From an uncultured Candidatus Saccharibacteria bacterium (GTDB lineage: Bacteria; Patescibacteriota; Minisyncoccia; Phycocordibacterales; UBA1550), in assembly GCA_964642305.1 (NCBI GenBank), contig CAZXOE010000004.1, positions 7,894-71,893 of the forward strand: 64,000 nucleotides of DNA, given 5' to 3'. Below, one piece after another: positions 35,452 to 45,372 of this stretch. The notes below the pieces were generated by a model. The model did not search any database. It was not told the origin of the DNA and saw only the letters and a program-made list of their open reading frames with translations. Position numbers and translations under genes: made by a program. How positions within the stretch are numbered: the first letter of the stretch is position 1; each line of letters begins with the position of its first letter.

Positions 35452-36495
35452 TTAGAGGAAGCTCGCCACCTTAACCACGTGCTTCACAAGCGTATTCGTG
35501 TACCCCATTTCGTTATCGTACCATGCCATCACTTTCACTAGGTTGCCGTCTACTACACGCGTAAGGTCGAGGTCGGCAATAGAACCATAAAGTTCGCCGA
35601 CAATATCAGAAGAAACAATAGGCTCTTCGCTTACTTTAAAAATACCCTGCCAACGAGAATCGCGCGCAGCGTCGCGAAGAATTTGATTCACCTCCTCTAC
35701 GCTCGTATTTCTTTTTGCGATGAATGTCACATCGGCAATAGAGCCCGCAATGACCGGCACGCGGATAGAGATGCCATCAAACTTCCCTTTGAGATCCTGA
35801 ACCACTTCCGTCACTGAGATCGCAGCACCTGTTGAAGCTGGGACCATATTTGCAGCGCCTGCGCGCCCACCACGAAGGTCCTTTCCTCCAGGCCCGTCAA
35901 CAATCCTTTGAGTACCAGTGTATGCGTGCGTGGTATTCAAGATCGCCTTTTCAATTCCAATCGTCTCATTCAAAATGCAAACTACTGGACTAGCTGCGTT
36001 TGTGGTGCATGATGCATTTGATGAAATTTTTGCGCCAGAGAGCTTGTCGTCATTGATACCCATGAGAGCGGTAATACATGGAACCTCGGGAAGTGCTTCG
36101 CCTTTCATTGGCGCAGTGATCACCACACGCTTTGCGCCCTGTGTGAGATGCACATTTGCTTTTTCTGGGCTTGTAAAAAACCCTGTTGATTCAACCACGA
36201 TATCAATGTCGTACTTTGCCCAAGGGAGATTGGTTGGCTCTTTTTCCTGCACGAGAATTACTTTTTTACCATCCACAATAAAGCCAGGCTCCTCGCCACT
36301 CCCTGGTGCAACTACTGTCACATCAAAATCCGCCTTGCCGTAAGCTGTGTCGTACTTGAGAAGGTACGCCATGTTCTCTGGGTCTCCAAGGTCATTCACG
36401 GCAACAATCTCGAGCTCTGGCTGTGTCCTTGCCAATTTATAAAACGCGCGTCCAATGCGCCCAAACCCGTTAATTGCTACTCGTACTTTTTTCAT
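35452..36495 (-). CDS. gap: Glyceraldehyde-3-phosphate dehydrogenase
   Basis: VAINGFGRIGR...SNASCTTNA... Confidence 0.95.
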   Translation of the reverse strand: MKKVRVAINGFGRIGRAFYKLARTQPELEIVAVNDLGDPENMAYLLKYDTAYGKADFDVTVVAPGSGEEPGFIVDGKKVILVQEKEPTNLPWAKYDIDIVVESTGFFTSPEKANVHLTQGAKRVVITAPMKGEALPEVPCITALMGINDDKLSGAKISSNASCTTNAASPVVCILNETIGIEKAILNTTHAYTGTQRIVDGPGGKDLRGGRAGAANMVPASTGAAISVTEVVQDLKGKFDGISIRVPVIAGSIADVTFIAKRNTSVEEVNQILRDAARDSRWQGIFKVSEEPIVSSDIVGELYGSIADLDLTRVVDGNLVKVMAWYDNEMGYTNTLVKHVVKVASFL

Positions 36496-36619
36496 CCCGT
36501 TAGAGATAGGAAATTATTAAATTTCCGTATCATAATTATATTAAACTGCTAATAATAGTAATATCAGTATAACCTATTGACCACAGAAACATAACTGAGT
36601 TATCTCTAACGGGATTCAT
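36496..36619 (-). mobile_element. MITE-like element, copy 2 (TIR cccgttagaga/tctctaacggg), abutting the gap start codon
   Basis: Same ends as copy 1. Begins on the nucleotide right after the gap ATG, in the 5' UTR position. Confidence 0.6.
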
Positions 36620-36671
36620 CTGTTATGGTGGTTAAATGGTTAAAACTATCTCGTTATTTTATCATAACTAA

Positions 36672-36702
36672 CAAAAAAGCACACATTTGTGCGCTTTTTT
36701 TG
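36672..36702 (-). terminator. Intrinsic terminator after gatB
   Basis: aaaaaagcacaca-ttt-gtgcgctttttt. Confidence 0.6.
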
Positions 36703-36707
36703 ATTCA

Positions 36708-38132
36708 TTACTTCATCGCCTCCTCAAAAAGAGTCTTAAGTGTGCCTGGATTCCCTGAACCTTTTGACGCCTTCATCCCTTGTCCGACGAAAAATTGAAT
36801 TAGTGCAACCTTGCCGGATTTGTAATCAGCGACAACAGTTGGGTTTGCGAAAATAATTTCTTCAACGATTTTTTTGAGCGCCTCAATATCATTTTTCTGA
36901 ATGAAACCGTTTTTCTCGGCGATTATTTGTGGGTCGCCACCTTCATCAAACATAATTTTGAGCGTGTCTTTTGCGCCTCGAGAAGAAACTTTTCCATCAA
37001 CTATCATTATCATTAATTTTGCAAAATTTTCTGGAGTTATTGAAACAAATTTAGGTAAATCTAAACCTGACACAGAAACTAATCCAGCAATATCTGACGA
37101 TATATAATTCGCAGCCAAACGAACTGCTTCTTCATTCTTATTTAGGTTCCTAAATACAAGATCAAAAAAACTCCCGTATAAATCATTTGATACAAATAAT
37201 TCAATCTGCTCTTTCTGGATATTTAATTTACTAAGCCTCTCTCTCTTATTCCAAGGCAACTCAGGCATTGAGTCCTCTAATTCATCTTTAGAAAATTCTG
37301 GGATCTCTGAAATTTTTAATTTTGGTAAATCTGGGTCTGGGAAATAGCGATAGTCGTGCGCGCTTTCTTTTTTACGCTGTGAAAATGTTTTTTGACCTCC
37401 TTCGTCCCATCCACGAGTCTCTTGCACAATCTCACCAGGACCGCCATCTAAAATTTTTGTCATGCGCTCTACCTCGTACGCGATAGCACGCTCTACAGAA
37501 CGAAACGAATTTAAGTTTTTCACTTCTACTTTTGTGCCTAGCGTATCCGTCTTTGATATTGAAATATTCGCTTCCACGCGCATCTCGCCCTTTTCCATAT
37601 TTGCATCGGATACGCCAAGTGTCCGCAAAAGTAACTGTAGCTCGCGTGCAAATGCGCCTGCTTCCTCTGCAGTGTGTATCACAGGCTTTGTGACGAGCTC
37701 CATGAGGGGCACGCCTGCGCGGTTGTAGTCTACCAAGCTTCCTTCGCTTCCCTCGTGTGACGAGCTCGCAGTGTCCTCCTCCAAATGCACGCGCTCTATA
37801 GCGACGCCATTTAGCATTCCGTTTGAAACGAGCGGATATTTGTACTGGCTAATCTGATACCCTTTCGGGATGTCGGGATAAAAATAGTTCTTGCGGTCAA
37901 ACTCGGTAAAGTCTGCGAGATTGGAGCCGAGCGCTGTCCCTACACGAAGCACATGGTGCACGGCTTGTTTATTGATAACCGGCAAAGTCCCCGGGTGCGC
38001 CATGCACACAGGGCAAATATTCACATTCGGCTCCGAATTAAACGGATCATTCGCCGAATTGCAGAACATTTTTGTCTTTGTTTTTAGCTCGGCGTGGACC
38101 TCGAGGCCGACGGTTAGTTTATATTCGTTCAT
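36708..38132 (-). CDS. gatB: Asp/Glu-tRNA amidotransferase subunit B
   Basis: MNEYKLTVGLEVHAELKTKTKMFC... GatB family, 474 aa. Confidence 0.95.
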   Translation of the reverse strand: MNEYKLTVGLEVHAELKTKTKMFCNSANDPFNSEPNVNICPVCMAHPGTLPVINKQAVHHVLRVGTALGSNLADFTEFDRKNYFYPDIPKGYQISQYKYPLVSNGMLNGVAIERVHLEEDTASSSHEGSEGSLVDYNRAGVPLMELVTKPVIHTAEEAGAFARELQLLLRTLGVSDANMEKGEMRVEANISISKTDTLGTKVEVKNLNSFRSVERAIAYEVERMTKILDGGPGEIVQETRGWDEGGQKTFSQRKKESAHDYRYFPDPDLPKLKISEIPEFSKDELEDSMPELPWNKRERLSKLNIQKEQIELFVSNDLYGSFFDLVFRNLNKNEEAVRLAANYISSDIAGLVSVSGLDLPKFVSITPENFAKLMIMIVDGKVSSRGAKDTLKIMFDEGGDPQIIAEKNGFIQKNDIEALKKIVEEIIFANPTVVADYKSGKVALIQFFVGQGMKASKGSGNPGTLKTLFEEAMK

Positions 38133-38136
38133 ATTA

Positions 38137-38373
38137 TTATTTCTTGCCTAACCACAATTCTTGCGGAATCCCCGACTGGACAATGACCGCCTTAAGCGTT
38201 CGTGGATGAATTGATTTTTGCCCATGGTATTGAATATGTGTTTGTCTTACTTTTCCACCATAATGACCAACATAGAAAAAATGGCTTCCGGTCGTATGTG
38301 AATGCTGAAACCCATGCTCCTTCAAAAAATCGACAACGCCCTTGAATGTCCAGTTGTTGAGACCACGTGGCAT
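38137..38373 (-). CDS. HicA-like mRNA interferase toxin
   Basis: 78 aa with ...LKEHGFQHSHTTGSHFFY...HPRTLKAVIVQSGI resembling the HicA pattern. Confidence 0.55.
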   Translation of the reverse strand: MPRGLNNWTFKGVVDFLKEHGFQHSHTTGSHFFYVGHYGGKVRQTHIQYHGQKSIHPRTLKAVIVQSGIPQELWLGKK

Positions 38374-38379
38374 AGTTCG

Positions 38380-38712
38380 TTATGCAAACGCGAGATTAAG
38401 CTGACCAGAGCTCAGTACGTACGGAGATTTTGTCGATTGAGCGACAGGCTTTTTGCCACTTTGAATCTCTTTCCACATTTTTTCATACTCAACATCAACA
38501 ACCTGATTGAGCACCTGTGGTCGCAATTTAAATTTGCGCGCTGACTCAAGGTACCCGCGAACGGCTTCATTAAGAAGCACGATCGCTTCTATCTGAGACG
38601 ACGCCTCAACAACAATATTAAACTCAAGCGCCACGCCAAAAAAAGTATCTTTTTCCTTAAATACCACGTATCGCACTGACCCCTTTTGCAAATTATTTTT
38701 AAATGCTTTCAT
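38380..38712 (-). CDS. HicB-like antitoxin (UPF0150-like)
   Basis: RYVVFKEKDTFFGVALEFNIVVEASSQIEAIVLLNEAVRGYLE resembles the HicB N-domain. Immediately upstream of the HicA-like gene. Confidence 0.45.
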   Translation of the reverse strand: MKAFKNNLQKGSVRYVVFKEKDTFFGVALEFNIVVEASSQIEAIVLLNEAVRGYLESARKFKLRPQVLNQVVDVEYEKMWKEIQSGKKPVAQSTKSPYVLSSGQLNLAFA

Positions 38713-38744
38713 AAATCAATACTATCACGACCGCTCTCAGGCGT

Positions 38745-39725
38745 CTACGCCACTGCCTTCAAAAATTTGAGGAGTTCGTCTTGGAATGTTTTCATACCTA
38801 CATCGTCTAAAATTGTGATTGAGAAAATCTCCGAATGCGGATACGTCTTCTTCATCGCGAGCTCCACTTCTTTTACATGCTCTGGAGTAACCATGTCTGT
38901 CTTTGTGAGAATAATAATTTCGTGTTTCGCAGCTAGGTCTTTATCAAAAGCCGAAAGTTCATTACGAACTGTTTCGTACACTGCGAGCGGATCTTCGTTT
39001 TCAAGCGACACCAAATGCGCGAGCATTTTTGTGCGCTTCACATGGCGGAGAAATTTATGCCCGAGCCCGCGACCCTCTGATGCTCCTTCAATAAGCCCTG
39101 GGATATCTGCAATTATAAACCCATAGCACTCCCCCAAGTTTGGCTCAAGCGTTGTAAACGCATAATCAGCTGTCTTTGCGCTCGCGCGAGTGAGCGCGTT
39201 TAGGAGCGATGACTTCCCTGCGTTTGGCAAGCCAACCAGACCAATATCTGCAACGATCTGAAGCTCAACTTTAAAGTCTGCTTCTTGCCCCTTCATCCCA
39301 GGCACGTGCTCTTTTGGTGTGCGATTGGTAGAAGTTTTAAAATGTTCATTGCCATATCCACCACGACCGCCTTTAAGAACTAGAATTTTTTGATCCTCAT
39401 GAAGTAGCTCATATGTTTCGCCTGTATCTACATTCGTAACAATAGATCCAATAGGCAAATCTAAAACAAAATCATTGCCATTGCGACCATGCATACTATC
39501 GTTGCCACCATCCTCTGCACGCTCGGCTGCATATTCTTTTTCGTGGCGATACTTCACTAGAATATGCACATCACGAACAGCGCGAATGTATACATCCCCA
39601 CCTTTGCCACCATCACCACCAGAAGGACCGGCAAATTCTTTGCCTTTCTCGTGTTTCAAACGCATAACGCCGTTACCGCCGTTACCCGCCTTCATATGCA
39701 TTGTCATTTCATCAATAAAAGCCAT
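38745..39725 (-). CDS. obg: GTPase Obg/CgtA
   Basis: Obg fold KAGNGGNG...GGDGGKGG plus G-domain GLVGLPNAGKSSLL. Confidence 0.95.
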   Translation of the reverse strand: MAFIDEMTMHMKAGNGGNGVMRLKHEKGKEFAGPSGGDGGKGGDVYIRAVRDVHILVKYRHEKEYAAERAEDGGNDSMHGRNGNDFVLDLPIGSIVTNVDTGETYELLHEDQKILVLKGGRGGYGNEHFKTSTNRTPKEHVPGMKGQEADFKVELQIVADIGLVGLPNAGKSSLLNALTRASAKTADYAFTTLEPNLGECYGFIIADIPGLIEGASEGRGLGHKFLRHVKRTKMLAHLVSLENEDPLAVYETVRNELSAFDKDLAAKHEIIILTKTDMVTPEHVKEVELAMKKTYPHSEIFSITILDDVGMKTFQDELLKFLKAVA

Positions 39726-39873
39726 GATTGATTTTTAAGGAGCAACGCGACTATAAAAATCATCACCCCGTTAAATGATTTCTGAAAGAAATCCCTGCGA
39801 AGCAGGATTTAACTGGGGTAAGTAACTCGATATTGCCTAGCTCACTATAATTGTTTTGACTATATCACAAAAA

Positions 39874-40779
39874 TTACTCAGCGTCCACCGCGAGTTGCGC
39901 GAGCTTGAGTGCTCCTTCTCTTGAACCAGCGACAGCTATAAAAAGTTTATTGTGACAAAAAAGAGCATCAGGAACTCCAGAAATCTCTGCGAGTTCGGCC
40001 CCTGTTTTGCCCGCCCATGCGCTCGGCAAATTTTTTCTATTTTTAAATGAATGCACATCGCTTCGCACAGCTTCTATTTTCCATTTTCCCATATTTCCAC
40101 GATCTGGCTTTACCACAAAAAGTGGTTCTGGCTTTGTACCAAGCGCTTCATACCATGGATAATGATCTTCCAAAATTATGATTCGCTTATCATCTGCCTT
40201 GATATAAGCTTCCCCTGCATGGCGCTTTCCTTCTTCTTCTGTCTGCGCGCGAATTATTTCACGGCGAAGAATTTTTTCTGCAAAAGGTACTGCTTCAAAA
40301 AATCCCTCATCTTCAGTGCGAGATTCATTCCATCCCGGACGAAATGAGCTAATTGCATCCTGAAGAATATACGGCACAACCTCGCCCCTTACACCAAAAG
40401 TTTCAAACCCATTGTCTCCAGCATCAACAGGTTGAACAATGCGTTCGTCAATTATGCGCGCCACATACGATGACCCAGATATTTTTTCTCCAAACTCCTT
40501 CCACACTAAACCAAAAGATGAATATGGTATTCCATTTTCTCTCATGCCTGCTCCACCTTCTTGATGATGATCAAAACGCCCACGCGTTACGTCATACTCT
40601 CCTCCAACATCCACCACATAGTCCCCTGTAGCCCAAACTTCTTTCTCACGACTTCGCACTATTTCTACATTACCGTTGTTCAATAAGGAAAGCACTGCGC
40701 ATGCAAAAACCTCGTCGGTGTGAAAATTACCGCTGTGTGTTATTATTTTTTTCATTGTTCCCGTGCTTTTTTCGCTCAT
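39874..40779 (-). CDS. MYG1/UPF0160 family metal-dependent hydrolase
   Basis: ITHSGNFHTDEVFA... and DHHQ motifs. Confidence 0.8.
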   Translation of the reverse strand: MSEKSTGTMKKIITHSGNFHTDEVFACAVLSLLNNGNVEIVRSREKEVWATGDYVVDVGGEYDVTRGRFDHHQEGGAGMRENGIPYSSFGLVWKEFGEKISGSSYVARIIDERIVQPVDAGDNGFETFGVRGEVVPYILQDAISSFRPGWNESRTEDEGFFEAVPFAEKILRREIIRAQTEEEGKRHAGEAYIKADDKRIIILEDHYPWYEALGTKPEPLFVVKPDRGNMGKWKIEAVRSDVHSFKNRKNLPSAWAGKTGAELAEISGVPDALFCHNKLFIAVAGSREGALKLAQLAVDAE

Positions 40780-41362
40780 AACGTTCGTACTGATGTGTAA
40801 TAAGTTTTTGAATCAAAATGAATGCTACCATAAAAAGGAGCACCATCAAAGCAAGCTCTCCCGCCTTGTGCGTTGTGCTGACGGCCGCAAAACCAAAAAA
40901 ATATCCAATTATAAAATACAAAAGAACCCATACAATTGATGCAAAAAATTCCGCCTTAAAAAAAAGTTTGAATGGGATATGCAGTACTCCAGACATAATT
41001 ACAGTTGCGCGATTTGCGCCATAAATAAACTTAGAAAAGAAAATTGACTTAAATGGATTCTCACGAAACTCGGGTAGAAAAAATATCATTATTCTTTCTG
41101 CCCGCCTTAATATTCTCCTTGTCAGCCTAGCATCCTTAAGTTTTGAGCCAAGGTTGTACCACATTACATTACCCAAAACCACGCCAGCAAAAGAAATCCA
41201 TAGAACATCCTTCCAATCAAAAGCCTCAAGTGACACAAGCATCCCAGCGGCAATTAGAAACATTTCTCCTTCAAGCACCATCGCAATAAACAAAATCACA
41301 TACCCCCAAAAACGGTGATCATGCACAAGTTGAACAAATACATCAATAGACTGCTCCATCAT
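40727..41362 (-). CDS. DedA-family membrane protein
   Basis: DedA/SNARE-associated pattern ...VLEGEMFLIAAG...VWISFAGVVLGNVMWYNLG. Confidence 0.8.
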   Translation of the reverse strand: MMEQSIDVFVQLVHDHRFWGYVILFIAMVLEGEMFLIAAGMLVSLEAFDWKDVLWISFAGVVLGNVMWYNLGSKLKDARLTRRILRRAERIMIFFLPEFRENPFKSIFFSKFIYGANRATVIMSGVLHIPFKLFFKAEFFASIVWVLLYFIIGYFFGFAAVSTTHKAGELALMVLLFMVAFILIQKLITHQYERYERKKHGNNEKNNNTQR

Positions 41363-41364
41363 GG

Positions 41365-41748
41365 CTAGTTATCTGAAAGCAACTTATCTACTATAAACGC
41401 TGTTACCGACACAACAAGCGAGCCGAGAAGCGCAGGCACAAAGCCAGCAACATAAAATCCTTTCACGAACGAGCCAATCCACCAAAAGAGCCCAGCATTC
41501 ACGACAAAAGAAAAAAGTCCGAGTGTGATAATTGTGATTGGAAAAGCAAGAAGTAGGATAATCGGGCGAACTACTGCATTTAATATTGCAAAAAATACAG
41601 CGACTAATATTGCCGTTCCAAACGCATCTGATGCAATTTCTATTCCTGGCACAAACGAAGGGAGCGCAAGAATAACAACAGCAATAATAATTAATTTAGC
41701 AATAAGTTTCATGATTTGATTGTAACCCATCACGCGCCTCGGATACAA
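41365..41748 (-). CDS. YvlD/phage-holin-family-4-like membrane protein
   Basis: Four TM with ...AILNAVVRPIILLLAFPITIITLGLFSFVVNA... typical of the Phage_holin_4_2/YvlD family. Confidence 0.55.
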   Translation of the reverse strand: MYPRRVMGYNQIMKLIAKLIIIAVVILALPSFVPGIEIASDAFGTAILVAVFFAILNAVVRPIILLLAFPITIITLGLFSFVVNAGLFWWIGSFVKGFYVAGFVPALLGSLVVSVTAFIVDKLLSDN

Positions 41749-41880
41749 GGCGCAATCATTTAATTTTTTTGAGCCGTAAGTCGCGCCTCAACGGACACTG
41801 CGCGACCCGATTTTGCAAAATCGACGGTGAATAAAAATTATATGATTGCAACGAAGTAGCCGAGGATGAGTGGTGGGTTG

Positions 41881-42867
41881 CTAGGCGACAGCGTTTGGAG
41901 CAGTACGCCCCTCAAGCACCTCTATAATATTCCCCGCGACCATCTCTGCCATCTTTGTGCGTGTCTCCTCTGTCGCAGAAGCGAGATGCGGGTTCATTAC
42001 CACATTAGGAAGATTGAAAAGCTCAGGGGTAACTTTTGGCTCAAATTCAAACACATCAAGCGCTGCTCCGCGAATAGTTCCGTCTTTTAACGCTTGCGCG
42101 AGTGCTATTTCATCTATGACAGGTCCGCGAGAAGTGTTTACAAGAAGAGCAGTTTTTTTCATACGCGCAAGACGACTTGCATTTATGAGGTGTTGTGTAG
42201 TTGGAAGAAGTGGCACATGGATGCTTACAATATCAGCCTCCGCAAGCACCTCCTCGTGCATAGAATAAAAACTTGCATTGCAGGAGGACTTTAGCGCTTC
42301 ATTTTCTTTCATATCGCAATAAATCACTTTCATTCCGAAACCTTTATGCAAAATATTTGCCACTTCAAAACCAATGCGTCCCGCACCGATAAGGCCAAGT
42401 GTTTTCCCTTTGATATCAGTGCCGAGAAGCAGGAGCGGGTCCCATCCAACAAACTTTCCTTCGCGGATAAACCTGTCCCCTTCTGCCGTGCGTGAGGCGA
42501 GAGTAAGGATAAGCGCGACTGTATGTTCGGCTACTGTGGAAGTGAGAACATCAGGAGTATTCGTTACAACCATTCCACGCTCGTGTGCTTTTGGAACATC
42601 AATGTTGTTATACCCTACTGCATAATTCGCAATGATTTTTACAGACGCAGGCATTGCAGAAATCATTTCAGCATCAAGCGCGTCAGTGAGGAGCGACGCA
42701 ACAGCATCGTATTCTGCATTAGCGAGCGCGCTTTTCAATTCCTCACGTGTAAGTACTCCGTCCTTTTCACTCACGGTCACCTCATACCCTTTCTCACGAA
42801 GCATTTCCTCCGCGCGAACAGGAATACGACGTGTCATAAATATTTTTTTTGTCATAAGTAACAACAT
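41881..42867 (-). CDS. D-isomer-specific 2-hydroxyacid dehydrogenase (glycerate/phosphoglycerate DH-like)
   Basis: GLIGAGRIGFEVA NAD-binding motif, catalytic R/E/H context, 328 aa. Confidence 0.85.
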   Translation of the reverse strand: MLLLMTKKIFMTRRIPVRAEEMLREKGYEVTVSEKDGVLTREELKSALANAEYDAVASLLTDALDAEMISAMPASVKIIANYAVGYNNIDVPKAHERGMVVTNTPDVLTSTVAEHTVALILTLASRTAEGDRFIREGKFVGWDPLLLLGTDIKGKTLGLIGAGRIGFEVANILHKGFGMKVIYCDMKENEALKSSCNASFYSMHEEVLAEADIVSIHVPLLPTTQHLINASRLARMKKTALLVNTSRGPVIDEIALAQALKDGTIRGAALDVFEFEPKVTPELFNLPNVVMNPHLASATEETRTKMAEMVAGNIIEVLEGRTAPNAVA

Positions 42868-43150
42868 TGTACCATGTTAGTGTTTGCTAGTGTACCCTTG
42901 CGGGTTCACGTTAAATTTGGTATAGTTGTCATATCGAGAGCCCGTATCATCGGGCTATATTATACCATCCCAATTAGTCTCTTCGTGTTTCACCAACAAT
43001 CTTGGCTGTGCCTTTGTAAAAATCCTTCAACATATCTCGATATGCTTCAGTATTTTTACATCGGCTCTCATTCAGCAGAATGACTCTTGGAGAATTCAAG
43101 ATTTTTGGCGAAACTACACGAAGACCTTAATTGGGGATGGTATTACAACT

Positions 43151-44392
43151 ATGTTTGAGATATTTTTTGATAGTATTCTTTATGTATTTCTTTTTCTAAC
43201 ACTGTATCTTGAGGTGTTTTTTCTTATCACTTTTTTCGAGGAAAGACAAAAACTCGCCGCAAAAAGCACGGGCGACAAACTCTCATACTATCCTTCCGTC
43301 ACTATTATTGTCCCATGCTGGAATGAAGAAAAAACTGTTTTAAAAACGATTCATTCAATTCTTAATCTTGAATATCCAAAAGACAAACTGGAAATTTTTA
43401 TCGTGGACGACGGCTCTACAGACAATACATGGAAAGTTGTCCAAGAATTCACAAATAATCCTCGAGTAAAACTCTTCCAAAAGGAAAACGGTGGCAAACA
43501 TACTGCGGTCAATTTGGGAATCGAAAAATCCAAATCGGAGCTTATTGGATGTTTAGACGCAGACTCATTTGTGGAAAAAAACGCTATGAGTGAAATAGCG
43601 AGCGCTTTCAACGAGGACCCACAAATGATGGCTGGAATTCCAACAATTATCATACACGAACCAAAAACTATTCTCCAAAAGATGCAGAAGACTGAGTATC
43701 ATAACATTGCGTTTTTTAAGCGTATGCTTTCTCCATTAGACGCGATTCACATCACTCCTGGGCCGTTTTCTTTTTTCCGAAGAGAGGTTTTTAAAAAAAT
43801 AGGGCTATTCAAAAAAGCTCACAACACAGAGGATATGGAGTTTGCTCTTCGCATGCAGTCAAACCATATGCGTATTAGAAATGTACACACAGCTCGTGTA
43901 TACACAACAGCTCCAGAAGGTCTTTATAAACTTTATCGCCAAAGACTCCGATGGGCATATGGTGGTATTAAAAATACGCTTGACTACCGCTTCATGCTTT
44001 TTCGTCGCGAGTATGGCATTTTAGGAGTGATTACTCTTCCTCTTTCCTTATTTGCAGTTATCATATTTCTATACAATTTTAGTTTTATTGCATTTCACGC
44101 AATTCAAATTGCAATAGAAAAAATGGTGGAAATTAGCACAGTGGGTATTATTTTTACTTTTTCTGGCGCAAGTCCTTTCTTTATTAATACAGAATTCATG
44201 GCAATACTTTCATATATTTTCATTGGACTAGGGTTTGTTATTATGTGGAATGGTATTAAATTAGCAGAAGGACGTTTCCGCCCTAGTATGGGGATTCTTT
44301 ACTTCATCGCTCTTTATGGTATTGTGGCGCCTATCTGGTTCGCGCGCGCATTTGTGAATGTTCTTCTCTCGCGCAGAACCTCATGGCGTTAA
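43151..44392 (+). CDS. Processive family-2 glycosyltransferase (PgaC/NodC/cellulose-synthase-like, QxxRW)
   Basis: VTIIVPCWNEE, DDGSTD and QRLRWAYG motifs; N-terminal and C-terminal TM. The ORF opens at 42926; start taken at MFEIFF. Confidence 0.8.
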   Translation: MFEIFFDSILYVFLFLTLYLEVFFLITFFEERQKLAAKSTGDKLSYYPSVTIIVPCWNEEKTVLKTIHSILNLEYPKDKLEIFIVDDGSTDNTWKVVQEFTNNPRVKLFQKENGGKHTAVNLGIEKSKSELIGCLDADSFVEKNAMSEIASAFNEDPQMMAGIPTIIIHEPKTILQKMQKTEYHNIAFFKRMLSPLDAIHITPGPFSFFRREVFKKIGLFKKAHNTEDMEFALRMQSNHMRIRNVHTARVYTTAPEGLYKLYRQRLRWAYGGIKNTLDYRFMLFRREYGILGVITLPLSLFAVIIFLYNFSFIAFHAIQIAIEKMVEISTVGIIFTFSGASPFFINTEFMAILSYIFIGLGFVIMWNGIKLAEGRFRPSMGILYFIALYGIVAPIWFARAFVNVLLSRRTSWR

Positions 44393-44408
44393 GAATCTAT
44401 CCATTATT

Positions 44409-45134
44409 ATGAAAAATATTCGCTCACAAATAGAAACTAAAAAATATGTATTTGCTTTTGTTATAACAACAGTAGTTTTTTTTAGCGCGCTCCTAATAAG
44501 TAATTCTTTTTCTAAAAATCGCATTGAAGAAATAAGATCCATTGAAGATAAAATAGCTATGGACATCCTCTCCTCGGAAACTCAGTTTGCGCTTCTTAAG
44601 GAGTCATCGTGCAAATCAATAGACCATGGAAATACCGCTTTCTCTGAGGAGCTTGGGGTATTGGCGGCAAGGCTTTCGTATATGGAAGAAAAACTTGGGA
44701 TCACCAACAATGAGGTGGTAAGTTTAAAAAAATACTACTCACTTTTACAAATAAAGGACTATCTTTTGGTGGAAGAAATTAGAAAGAAATGTGGGGTAAA
44801 ACCTATTACTATCATTTACTTCTATTCAAATCTTGGCGATTGCGAGGATTGCAAGCGCACTGGATACGTTTTAAACAAACTTCGCGATGAATTCCCAGAG
44901 CTTCGCATATATTCATTTGACTACAACCTAGACCTTTCTGCCATAAAAACACTAAAATCACTCCACGGACTACTTAACAAACTTCCAGCGCTTGTTATTT
45001 GGGATGAAAATTACTATGGCTTCAAGAGTGAGGACGACATTGAAAAAATAATCCCACAACTAAAACGCCTTCGCGCAGAACATAAAAAAGCAGAGGCTAC
45101 AAAGAGTGCTACAAGCTCAACAAAAAATAATTGA
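44409..45134 (+). CDS. Hypothetical membrane-anchored protein (CxxC motif)
   Basis: TM, then a soluble domain with GDCEDC. Start taken at MKNIRSQ. Confidence 0.5.
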   Translation: MKNIRSQIETKKYVFAFVITTVVFFSALLISNSFSKNRIEEIRSIEDKIAMDILSSETQFALLKESSCKSIDHGNTAFSEELGVLAARLSYMEEKLGITNNEVVSLKKYYSLLQIKDYLLVEEIRKKCGVKPITIIYFYSNLGDCEDCKRTGYVLNKLRDEFPELRIYSFDYNLDLSAIKTLKSLHGLLNKLPALVIWDENYYGFKSEDDIEKIIPQLKRLRAEHKKAEATKSATSSTKNN

Positions 45135-45177
45135 CGTTTGACTGTCAACTAGATTCCAGCATAGTATGTAACATAGC

Positions 45178-45217
45178 AAAAGGCCCGCGAGCTTCGCTCG
45201 CGGGCCTTTTGTGTTTT
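45178..45217. terminator. Intrinsic terminator (14-bp GC stem)
   Basis: aaaggcccgcgagc-ttcg-gctcgcgggccttt followed by a T-run. Confidence 0.8.
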
Positions 45218-45372
45218 TCCTCAGAGCGAGCTGAATTATTTTTTAGGGGGTTTTGAGCGCGACGGCGCGAGAACTTCTGATTCCGCAGAATCACGTCGCG
45301 CAGTGTCCTTTGAAGCGCGACGCTTTAAGCTTCAAAAAAGTCGTACCCTAAAAAGAATTTAGCGAGCGGTTT

